Source: Zancudomyces culisetae HAW-14-8 (taxonomy: Eukaryota > Fungi > Kickxellomycota). Taken from it: a DNA stretch of 64,000 nucleotides. The stretch covers positions 2,728,001 through 2,792,000 of the forward strand of contig JBNJNM010000021.1 in assembly GCA_052426225.1 (NCBI GenBank). Reading direction: 5' to 3'. Below the pieces are notes generated by a model, which worked only from the letters and a program-made list of their open reading frames with translations, was not told where the DNA came from and did no database searches. Position numbers and translations under genes: made by a program. This document shows, piece after piece, positions 25,401 through 36,127 of this stretch (position 1 is its first letter; each line of letters starts with the position of its first letter).

Positions 25401-25570
25401 AAGAAGAGGGTGATGATTGGGATACTTTGGATCGAAAGGCTCGTCAGTATGATGAGCGTCATACCAGAGGAAACTTTTTCGCTCCGACCAATAAACGTGC
25501 AAAGGTTTCTAACTCATCTGCCGATTCGAATAGACGTCCTCCTCCAAAGAAATCATTTTCTAGGCGATAG
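22454..25570 (+). CDS. SPT16: FACT complex subunit Spt16
   Basis: Intronless 1038-aa ORF: WLLGYEFP aminopeptidase-like N-domain, PIIQSG, LRLNFITPG, LERVQFGLKNFD, EGPVNLNWSQIMKTI and an acidic C-terminal tail. Confidence 0.97.
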   Translation: MSDEIIIDTKKFGERINKLRKRWQDLGEAERVDAIVLLAGDQNEQEPYTKTKAMHNWLLGYEFPRTLLIIEQDKVYMAASTKKAQLLEQLKAASNIVGVELVTLPKDEEGIGSKIKEMVEKSLGGKGGKTIVGRVLKEKAEGKFADQVNKILAEKVQTEQIREVGQLLGRALCVKDSDEIEFIKLASDSSSKMMNGYFVDTMVDLVDSETKITHEELSEKVENAVFDNKVAKKIKLSDKLDREYVEWSFSPIIQSGKEFNLSVSALSNNRKLEGSGVILCSLGMRYNMYCSGVGRTYLIDPSKTQEKNYEFLEELQKYKLGIMKAGETFSGVYEKLVKYIREKRGDLEGNFIKSCGFVSGIEFRDGTFVINTKCKEKLEAGMVIYSMVGFNNLKEGDKTYGLQLNDTVLIGEKGAEKMTKCPTDLNETSFYFNEQEEDEAKKKKEQANKQKQRQRQGQNAILTSKFRSENAEEAEESQFAKRLKHQAELKEELQRRGEERFRTTGSADDNKQSAEHKEFVSYKRETGLPAQTSRLQLMVDQRHESILVPINGVAVPFNIRTLKNISKSDEGETTFLRLNFITPGAGAAVASNKQELSFIRSLTFKSSDILRFSELYNEINALKKDQVKREQEKSTMADIVEQDKLIEVRNTRPTRLADVFIRPGPDNKRIPGGLEIHKNGLRYVHPVRQHSVDLLFNNIKHMIFQPSKHELVVLLHFHLKNPIMLGKKKVYDVQFCKEVSDSAFDETGNRKRRFTRYGDEDEIQAEIDERINRDRLDKLFKAFAEAVAEQSNNLIDLDIPFYDASFMGVPLRSRVRLQPTVDCLVHLSDPPFFLVSISDIELVHLERVQFGLKNFDFVIVFKDYKKTPVHVNTVPIEQLDDVKEWLDSVNIPFSEGPVNLNWSQIMKTINDSPRDFFLDGGWSFLGDTPLSDDENDSPSESEFELDEDEDNDQSSDDYSDSDDDGDAYSSDESESTPDDDDDEEEGDDWDTLDRKARQYDERHTRGNFFAPTNKRAKVSNSSADSNRRPPPKKSFSRR

Positions 25571-26304
25571 TTTTTTTTTTGTTTTGTTTTGTTTTGTTTT
25601 TTCTACCAAGTATACTTTACTAGTTATTTCAAACTACTTTTTTTTTTTTTCGATATTTAGTATTATGGACAAGTTGAGGTAAAAATGGTATCAGCGAGTT
25701 TAATCAACGTTAATAAACCTACTATAAGCAATTTGAAAAATACACATCGGTTTAGTGGTGTAGCCAAAATGCCAATTATCCGAATGGTCTGATAATGAGC
25801 TCTGTGATCAGATATGTACTGGAAATATACACAGTTATTGAATGTGTAGGAAAAGGTGGAGAAAGGGCAGAGGAGGAGGAAGGGGGGGAGTAGGAGGAAA
25901 GGTGAGAGATTGGTCGAGTCGATTTTTAGTTTTGTGTTATTCATTGATAGTCGTAATTTATAAATGTAGAGAATACTTATTAATAAGCGGTTCTAAAAAT
26001 AGAAACCATCTAAAATCTTTAGTGCGCTTTAACAACCTCGACATTTCTTACAAATTTGTCAAGGAAAAAAAAAAACTAAAACAAAAAACAAAATTGTAAT
26101 TAATTAACTAATCTCAAAAATCTGAAATGTACATTATTAAATCCACAATTGCTACCTAATTGCAATGAGAATCGGTAAAAAATATATATATATAAAAAGA
26201 ATAAAAAATCCTACAGGGTTTAGAATCTGGTTTACATTTCTGGTTTTACCATCCATGAATAGTAGTAACTTGAATAAATTAATAATAAATAAATATGTTT
26301 ATCC

Positions 26305-26345
26305 ATTACTATTATTATTATTATCATTATTATTATTATTATTCT
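26305..26345. repeat. (ATT)n trinucleotide microsatellite
   Basis: attactattattattattatcattattattattattattc read directly. Confidence 0.85.
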
Positions 26346-27226
26346 AATACAAATGGTAGTTAATATAATAAAACATCCAAAAAAACAAAAAAAACAAAAC
26401 AGAAAAAAACGTTTGATGTTTAAATAACGATTTGTAAATTATGTGTATGGTTTAATCAAACCGGGAATTTTGTATTAATTGAACAGTTCTATTTTTTCAC
26501 CTTTTTTTTTAATACTTTTATATATTATGTTTGCTCTTGGTTCTTTTTTTTTAATATTTTACCTATCCTTATTTCTTTTATCGTTTTTCCAAATTGACTG
26601 GATTTATTCTTTTTCAGAGACTAATTAATGGTCTAGAGAGATAGTAAAAATAAAAATGAAAAAGTACATCTAACCCTTAAAACTCTCTAGTTTGGATTTT
26701 AAACATATATACATATACAAAACATACAATTATAGACGATATAAATAATAAAATCATTTCATTATATTCACACATACCAAAAACTTAACAGCAACCAAAC
26801 TACAACTTGTCGGAATACACGTATTTACGAGAGGTCCTCTACACACTCTAGCAAGAATACAAAGAAGAAAAAAAATAAAATAAAAACATAAAGCAGAACA
26901 GGATATTGATTAAAACATCTTTATTCATTTCAACAAATACCAATAGTATATACTAAGGAACGTTTTATGGAATTTACTTTTATATTAACTGCGAGAATTA
27001 ATACTTATTTAACATTAATCGAAACGAATTCCAATCCACTATACAATAGTACAAGAAAAACACGAATATTCGGAAAAATCTAAAGAACAACTAGAGCAAA
27101 TAAAAGAAAAACAGAAAAAAGAGTTGCTTTTTTTCCTTTCTTTCTTCCATTTATTCAAACCAATCTTTTATTTTATCACAAATATAAACGTACATCAACA
27201 AGGAAACAAATTATAACATCAAAAGA

Positions 27227-28045
27227 ATGCAACGTATGTCTATTAAATCGATAGTATTCGTACTATTAAACATACAAAGCATATTATTGGCATCGGTCTA
27301 TGCCGCCAACGAACAAGTAACAGAAAAGTTGTTGCAGCGTCGAGATGGCACAATGAGTTCTGCAGATACAGAAAACTGCAAATACTATTATGATCCGCTT
27401 CAAATATCGATGAAGCAATCGAGTACATCCCAAGCGTCCGCCCAACAATTTGGATCATTTGATATCAATTCTGTAAGAATCCAGAATCCATGTAAAGATT
27501 TATCGATTTTTTCAATGACCTTCAAGGCAGGCATAACTGACGACTTGTTTGTTCGTATCTCGGAATACCAAAACCAATTTCCTGTCATTGATACAATCTT
27601 TGGTCCCTATTTCAGTCGTAGTGGTTCTATTATCATTCGTCGCTACCCTACAAATCCACTTGGCGACGTATGGTATAAAAGGGCACTGACTGGTTCCTCC
27701 TCCGCCCCTTCTGATGCTCCTTCTAACCCCTCTTCCGATTCTGACACTTCCTCTGATGCCCCCTCCGAGGGTTCTGATTCAAACTCAGGTTCAACCTCCT
27801 CTTCTACTAGTTCCTTCCCGGATTCCTCCGCTGATAACACTTTTGAATTCTATTACAACTACTATAACATCACTCTCAGCTTGAACGATGGCCAGTTCAA
27901 CCTAATCTCCAAAAATCCTGGATTCGTTGTTCTTCCCAAAATCATCTACTTTACCACTTGGTACAACCCTGCAGTTGTATATGATATTGCCGTAAACTGT
28001 ATTGCAGACTGTAATCCTGAATTACGAGGAACATTTGTTCAATAA
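27227..28045 (+). CDS. Secreted protein (272 aa) with Ser-rich insert, possible Methyltransf_FA-like domain
   Basis: Signal-peptide-like N-terminus ending ASVYA, dibasic RR and KR sites, Ser/Asp/Pro-rich linker. The domain resemblance is by eye only. Confidence 0.75.
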   Translation: MQRMSIKSIVFVLLNIQSILLASVYAANEQVTEKLLQRRDGTMSSADTENCKYYYDPLQISMKQSSTSQASAQQFGSFDINSVRIQNPCKDLSIFSMTFKAGITDDLFVRISEYQNQFPVIDTIFGPYFSRSGSIIIRRYPTNPLGDVWYKRALTGSSSAPSDAPSNPSSDSDTSSDAPSEGSDSNSGSTSSSTSSFPDSSADNTFEFYYNYYNITLSLNDGQFNLISKNPGFVVLPKIIYFTTWYNPAVVYDIAVNCIADCNPELRGTFVQ

Positions 28046-28233
28046 AACATTACTTCCTTACAAGAGTTTTCCTTAGTCTCTCTTTTTTTTTCCCATATAA
28101 CCACAATCTATCTTCCCTTCCATAATATGAACAATACTGTCAAGAGTTGATTATTGGCATCAATTATTACTATTAGATTCTGCATTCAAATAAAGTAAAA
28201 ACAAAACAATAAAAACAAAATATACTAAATAAA

Positions 28234-30446
28234 CTAAACCGAATTGACCACCTGTTCAGCCTTGTGCAACGCCTCTATTATTTTTCTACACTCATTCCTT
28301 CTCTGGACAGTTGCGTCACTTTCCTTCAACAATTCATTCAACGCTTCGGAGTTATACAACTCCTTCAAGAGCTCCTTCTGAAGCCCATCGCGCGCAAATG
28401 TCACCAACTTGAGCATTATTGCCTTGGGCACCATATCAATGATTGTGCGCTTCACAATATTGTAGTATGATTGAATCAATAGTTTGATCACATCGGTTTC
28501 CATTTGCTCGCGCTCAGATAGTGCCCCTGATGCCTTCAACACAGCTGTTGGTGGGTCCATAATGGTTGGTCGCTTGTTCTTGGAGCTGAAAAATGACCCA
28601 AAGATGCCATCTTCCTTGGGGAGATTCATTTCGGCATCCAAGGCCGCATTACGGTCCTGAGACGCTGGCGAATTACCAATAAGCTGGGGACCCCGTTGGC
28701 CTCCAGAGCTGGGTCTTCCACCATCAAGAGTCAGTCGTGAGGCCATGCTGGACGGCATGCTGTTGCGTTCAGCAACAATATTCAGGGCTTGCTGGCCGCT
28801 TATAAAGTCGGGATGGGCGGTGTTAATATAGTTTTGCTCCATACTTATCAAGTCGGATACAATTTTGTTTGTTGGAATAATAGCTGCTTTCAAAAACAAA
28901 ATCACGACAGAGTAAAAGGCATCTCTCAACTGGGGGAACCGTTTAAATGATGGTCTTGCCAGCAAACTCGTACATATACGCACCAGCTCCTCATACACAA
29001 GACTCACACACTTAAGACTTGGATCCTCTAGTCGCCTGACTTGCTTCTTGACTAGAACTTCAAACGCGCTTGTTGCTACAAACAGCGCTGGTGTTGATCC
29101 TGACGAGTTGTACAGAATTGTTCGGATATCCGAGTCTTTAACTTGTGACAGCGGGTCAATCGACTTAATTCCATTGCAAAACAGTTCGTGGAATACAAAA
29201 CTTATTCTGGCTCCTCCGCTCAATTCATAGCTGGAAATATCTTTTGATTGTCCATCAAGTACCAGGCAAAAGTCGTTACAAAACTCAGTGATAATCGCCA
29301 AAATAGTGTTGGCCATCCCACCAAGTTGCTCACCCAGTGGAACACCCAGTTGCTCCAACTCGTTCTCATACTTTGCCAAACTTGTTGATATCTTGGTTTT
29401 GATCTCTGGTAGTGTGTTCTTGATATGGTGGTTTAAAATCATGTTCAGTTTCCTCGCCAAGAACGGTGTGCCACAGTACTGTGCCTTGTTGCTGTATGAC
29501 GGATGCATTTCAAAGAACTTGCGCTCGTGTTCCAGCGCATCGTTAATGGTTTTATTTGCCTCCACATCCTTCTGTCCCCTATTAACTACCGGAACGTATC
29601 CAAGCTTCAACATGATCACTCGCCCCGCCAGAATGTCTATCACATCGGTTCCTTTGTCCATAAGATCTACCTTTGTCAATACACCTATTGTTCTGAGCCC
29701 TTCAGGATCTACCTCTCTTGCCAATTTCAACCCATCTGAATTAGCCAAATCGGTATTTGCTGCCGTTACTGCTAGAATAATCGCATTTGGTCGTGTAATA
29801 TACTTCATTATCATCTCTCGTATTTGTCGCTCGATATCCTTAGGTTGGTCCCCTACTGGCACCTTGGTAAGCCCTGGCAAATCCACAAGTGTCAAAGTCA
29901 GCACATTTGGTGAGTATACACACAGATTTATTGGTAGTGGTGAAATTCCCGCATTCTTCCCCGTCTTTATCTCGGTGTCCCGCACAATCTCGCGTCTGAT
30001 TTCCTCAAAATCATATATCTTTTTGCCTGGCATATGAAGAAACTCTCCCCATTCTTGTACCTTGTTTCCTTCTTCCTTTCTGGGGATATTGACCAGCTGT
30101 AATACCAATGGTCTTCTTGTAACTATACCTGTACCTCTTGGCAAAAAATCTTTACCGACAACGTTCTCTAGTACCGAGGATTTTCCACTACTCTGACTAT
30201 TTTAATAGATATATTTATGTATGTACATTTGTTAATTTTAAGTTAACAGCCATCACCCAAACGCTGAAATATGTACACAAACAACTCCTGCACAATACAC
30301 CATAAAACCACATCTAAATATCAAGTCTTTGAAACTCACCTTCCAATCACTACAATTTGCGGTAAATCAATCGGGTTATTTTGCCCAACTGTAGCAAAAG
30401 CATCTTGCAGTTTATTAATCTTTTGGATTAGCTGTTCATCCATCAT
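28234..30446 (-). CDS. VPS1: Dynamin-like GTPase Vps1, 2 exons
   Basis: Exon 1 [17 protein letters not shown]...[10 protein letters not shown], intron 30339-30197, then SQSSGKSS (G1), [21 protein letters not shown] and a C-terminal GED ([21 protein letters not shown]). Confidence 0.95.
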
Positions 30447-31475
30447 CCTATTTTAGCTTTTGTTTCAAATATCTAGTTTCTTGGTTTTATGCTTTGGTTA
30501 TTTGGCTGACCTAGGTTGTGTTTATTTAGATAAAAGTATCTTTATATCCTATTAAACGGATAAGAGTGCGTTGTGAACTTTTGTGCCCTTTTATTTATTT
30601 GCTGTTTTTTAAAATGCGGGCATTTTTTCCTTGTTAAATAAACATTGCTTTGAGATTTTTTATTCGTTTGTTCCACATGTACAATATTTATAACTCAGCT
30701 TTTACTTTTGACTTTTTCGAGTTTTAACCGCTATGTAGTAAAGCAAGAGCATGGAGGATTTTCCTTTCATTTTCAACAAAGAACGGACCAATAAGACGAC
30801 AGCGTTCATTCCCTATACCTCTAAATTTATATTATTGCATTATACTTTCTATAGTTTTCTGCCCCGTTTTATTTTTGCATTCTTCTCTATTAGCTGATTT
30901 TGAAGCTCAAAATCTTACTACTCAAAACACTTGTCTTGTCTATCAATTAATGGTATTAGAGCTTTACTATTTGTACAGTTTTTGACCCCATTACTTGAAA
31001 AAGTGATCGCCCCTACACTATACCCCGCATTTATTTCTAGATTCCTCAATTTATTCTACAAGCGTATTTCCAAGACCAACTTACCTTTCCTTATAAAGGT
31101 TTTGGGGATTGTATTTGTTTTCATCAATATTGCCAAGATCTTGAGCTTCAGTTACTTTACTTTTTTGAACTTTTCCTCTTTAGCCAATTCTTTTTATATT
31201 AGTGTTATTGGTTAATAGCTTTGCCGTTCATTTTCTTTTCTACAGAGCAAAAAATAACGACTTGGCGAACTTGTAACTTGTAATTAAATATCCTCATTAA
31301 CAACTGTCTGTTCTCATTTGTCACTTCTACTATCCACCTCTCTCGCTTTTATTTGTATACGAAAGTGACACTCAATCATCTTTGAGACAAGTAAACCACT
31401 ATAAAATACTAAACTACTGAAACAATTTGCAAAGTGATATCTCCACTACTGAGAGCGTCGAGAACGTCCTTTTAG

Positions 31476-31503
31476 CAGAAAGCAGAAAGCAGAAAGCAGA
31501 AAG
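31476..31503. repeat. (GCAGAAA)4 heptamer tandem repeat
   Basis: gcagaaagcagaaagcagaaagcagaaa read directly. Confidence 0.85.
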
Positions 31504-31984
31504 CTGCTTAAATTACCGACCATTCCAATACATAACTTTGGTTTATAAACGACAAAGTTCGTTTCAACACTTAGTTAGGTAGTTAGGCGGATATCAAGTT
31601 CCTTTCCTTTCCTATACTATACATAACCAGCGTAGTGGTGTATAATTCTCCATCTAAATATTCTTTGTACCAAAGTCGCAAATATTCAAGTACTGTGAAA
31701 ATAACCTGCAACAAAAAAGATTCGCGATTTGGCGATTTGTGGCAAAATGTTGATTTTTTTTTGTGGGCAGGTTTGCAGATCTGGGTATAAATGAGAAATT
31801 TACCAAAATACAAAAACCTTGAACTTTGAACTTTGAAGACCAAATAAAAACACAGTCCTCTCGATTTAATTACTTTAGCTTTGCTCAACAAAGGTTTACA
31901 CAAAAGTGAAATACCGCTATAGCAGCACATTCCATCCTCTTCTTTTCTCATATACCGTTTCTCTTTCTTACCAAAAGAGCAAAG

Positions 31985-34734
31985 ATGCAAGAAAAGTACG
32001 GAAGCCTTGAAGCCGATTTAGACAGGTTTCGTTTCAATCAACAGTTGGCGAATGATATAAAGGCTGCAATCGAGGAAAAAAGTAAGAATTTAGTATAATA
32101 CAATATTTTTTGAAGTACCATTAACCTTAAACTTGCTATTTACAGGAGATAACATTTACTATGCAATCGAAAAATCCAATCTCCTACTGATTCAGGGAGA
32201 CCAAAGCAGCCATTTTACAAAATGTAACCACAAATCCATTACTCGAAATCCCCCCCTCATTTTCTTTCTCTTTCTTTCTTTAACTCTTTTTTTAGAATAA
32301 TTCTCTTTTGCTATTAAATGAGATAATGCTAGTGGTTTGATAATACGACTGCATTAATCAAGAAATTTCGGGATTGTCAACCATAGGTTTGGTAATGTGT
32401 ATTTTCGAGACCCGGTATTCTACAAATGAGAAAATGGCTATAATAAAAGTGCGTCTTTATCTGATATATCGAATATTAACTCTAAATAGTTAACATACAC
32501 CTAAAAATACAAACTTAACGATTATCTTATGCTTATAGGGAAACAAAACGAAAATAAAGGCGTTGAGTAAAGCTATAGATACAGAATGTAGTGCGTTTGG
32601 TCATTCGCTAGTGGGACACAAGACTCTGGTAGAAGACACAGTTGAGATTACAAAAAACAGGATTGTATTCTACTCAACTGAATGCTTTTTGGGTGAAATG
32701 ATGGATATGGATATAGTGAACGAGTATTCAATTATAATTATTGAAGATTTTGATTTCCAATGTAGTGAACTTGGAATTCTACTGCGGTTGCTGAAAGGGT
32801 ACGCTCTATTCACAATTAATTAAATAGTAGAGATGCAAAGTATATAATCTTTAGGTATTCTAAATAGAATTCAGATCAAAAATCCGTTATTAAAAGTAAT
32901 ACTTCTTGTTGATTCGGTCGAGTACGTAGCTGGCTTTTCAGAGTTGGATATGTTTTTTGGATGTGGAGTTCTAAATTTAAGTATAAACTACAAAGATATT
33001 GATACATTATATCTAAGCATATCCACAAAGGATTATCTAGAAGAGGCCTTATCCACTGTCATGAAAATTGGAAATGTAAGTTGAATAACCTTTTTTTCTT
33101 CTGATTGTGCGAATACAGCCTACTGTAAGCCGGGTATCTATATTTGTATCTGAGTAGGAGGATGGAGATGTTTTAATATTTCTACCAGAAAGAAGTGATG
33201 TTGAGACACTTGCATTCAAATTGGAAAACATACCCTCAAGGTAAGAGTTCAAATAAAAGCAACATTTGCAATTATCTAGATATTACGGATGATACCATCG
33301 TTAGAATTTTTTTTTCCTTCAAGGCTCTAGTAATCGTACTGATTAAATCTTACGCAATTTAGATACAAAAACGAAATATACCAACTTTGCACGGGTTCTC
33401 AGCATGAAGAACTTCAAAAAGTATACAGAGAATCAAAATACAAAACCAGAAAGATTATCCTGTGTAGTACAGCTCTGTTAGAAAAGATTGAAGGTGTTCG
33501 ACATGTGATTGATACTGGATTACAAAAAACTAGAAAATATCACTATGAAACAGATACCGAGGTTGTGGAGGTAGGCTTTATATCAAAGAAAATAGCAGAC
33601 CACCGTTCTAGCTTTGCTCGACAAAAGGAGTATACAGGTAAATGCTACCGACTGTATACAACACAGCTACTGGACAACGAATCAAACCATTTCAGCACAG
33701 AGGATAGAGTTGGGGTATTTAAAAGCGTTTTGGCGGCAATAGCCATAACCAAGAGTCTGGTGGATTGTATATCTATATCAAACAAAGAACTAATGGCCTT
33801 TGTATATCAAAATCTATACGAAATGGGTTTGATTTCCCTAGACCCACTCTCTCCTACCCAGTTAGATCTTTACCCAATACTTGTGACCCTACCACTAGAT
33901 CCTATTCTAAACAATTTAATCGTGTTGGCATACAATCAGCCTTCCTCAGAGCTTGAGTTTGTCGGGTCCGAGATTATCACAATATGTTCGATGCTGTTTG
34001 TTGCGAGGAATAACGAGCTGTTTTTGGACAATTTTTCGGACTCTAGAAACAAGTTCCTTGCGCTTGAGGGTGACCATATAACATTCCTCAACATATATGA
34101 TGCCTATTACAACGCATACTCAAAAAACTCGTCAAACATCGAGTTGTGGTGTTCAAAGAACAATCTGAGCTATTCATCGCTACATATGGTTCATGTTTTA
34201 CGTTACAAAATAGCCCGCATCGTCTCCGCTCTTTACCCCTTGTCAAAAACCAACATTCAACACGGAAATATATCCAAGACGGTAGTTATTCGGAAGCTTT
34301 TAATTCGCACCTTTTGCAACAATATTGCTGAACTGCTTTCTGATGGCTCTTATAAAAATATCAATTCGTCTAGAGTGTGTCACATTCATCCTTCATCCGC
34401 ACTATTTAAATTTGCTCCCAAATACGTATTGTATTCACAAGGTAATTATTGCAATAGGTATAAATCTGATTTAGATACATCTATCTGTTTATATTTTTGA
34501 GCGCGAAAAACCATATTAACTCCCCCTCACCCGTAATTTTATTTGTTTCTTAATAGCGATTCAAACTACAAAACCGTTTATAAGATTTGTTTCCGAGATT
34601 GATCCAGACTGGCTTGTTCAGACATTGTAAGTTTTAACATGATTTATTTAGCTATTATTATCGCTGTTTTGCTAATTAACCACTTTTTCTTTCATGTACT
34701 GAATTAATACAGGCCTACAAAATTCAAGCTTTAG
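31985..34734 (+). CDS. DEAH/RHA helicase-like protein (DHX35-like) with degenerate catalytic motifs, about 9 exons
   Basis: Exons splice in frame through GT-AG introns. Collinear DEAH landmarks: GDVLIFL, RKIILCS, VIDTG, GKCYRLYT, LPLDP (HA2), EGDHITFLNIY, HIHPSSALF, IDPDWL (OB fold). Confidence 0.8.
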
Positions 34735-36127
34735 ACAAGTGGCCAAAACTGAAGAATTGTCCAATGCAATCTCTTTCTATTTTTCTCCTTACCTGCTTGT
34801 GCTGTGAGGAAGAGGGTTTATGCTCTTTTCCACAAGAATTGTTTTATACTACACCTGCTTGGTTTTATGCTAAACTATGCGTACTCTTCTGATAGAACAT
34901 TCTTTTTATCTACACATTTACATTTATACGAGTACAACACCTATCTTACTGTCCTAACACCATTCACGCAGCACATCTCATGTCGTATGCTGTGCGTCTT
35001 CTTTTTCACATAGTTAGAGTAATTTTTGAGAATAGGTTTCATTTCACCAAAGTTTCTAGTTAATATTTTCTCGTGGTTTCGTCATGTTTAATTTTTTTTA
35101 TAGAACTTGTAAACAGAACCTCTTGTGAGGTTTTTGGTAGCTGTATAATATAAATCACTTTCATACAAACCTGGGTCATTTCATAGCTGTTTTAGATAAT
35201 TACCAATCTAAAACAATATTTTTGTACAATCAAATATGCGAAATACGGGAGGGGGGAATGCCAAGCACGCCCAATACCTGGATACAAGTCAAGTCAGTGA
35301 TGTAAGATAGTAAAATAAAACCAGCTTATTATGCTGTATGGTAGGGTGGTGTAATATCAATGCACACAAGAATACACCTTTTCATAATATCGGAGCCTGC
35401 TATTGGATTTTTGACCCCTAGTTTTTTCTCCTATTATTGATGAAGAATTATTAAGATAGAAAAAAAGGGGGGGGTGTAAAAAAAGAGAAGTAGCTCAATA
35501 GGTTCAGCACAATGTGGAAATGCTTTTGGTATTGGCTTGTGAGTTTCTAGTTCTTTTTTTGTATAATCAACTCAGAAAGGTTGTATACTCGTGAGTTTGC
35601 GTTTATTTGTTGTTTTGAAGAAAAGCACTAGTAATGTAAATAGTAGAAAGAGTAGGCGTAGGCGTAGGTGTAAAGAAGGGGAGATAGGTAACTCGTAAAA
35701 TACCGTTTGTGAATTTTTCGGCGGTTCATAGTAGTCAGTAACCAATATTTAACTGTAATAAATAATTCGTATGTTTGGTTTTGTGTTTTTTTTGCACATA
35801 GTGGGGCCAGAACATGTCGCTAATTTATATTATATAAATAATTCAATATAACTCCTTTGCTCTAGACTATTAACGCATTGGTGGGTAATATGGGTAATGG
35901 GGTTAATAGATACTAATGTATACCCGAGCTTTCTAGTTTAAAGATTGTTAAAAATATATACTACTATTCTAATATACAGATACGTCTCTGGAGATTTTAT
36001 AAATCCATTAATACTATTTTTATATACCCAGTACACACCTCTTCAACAAAGGTAGAATACTTGTAAATACTATATACAGTACTAAGTACAAAATCAGGGT
36101 AACTGAAAGGAGTTGCAGAGATACAAA

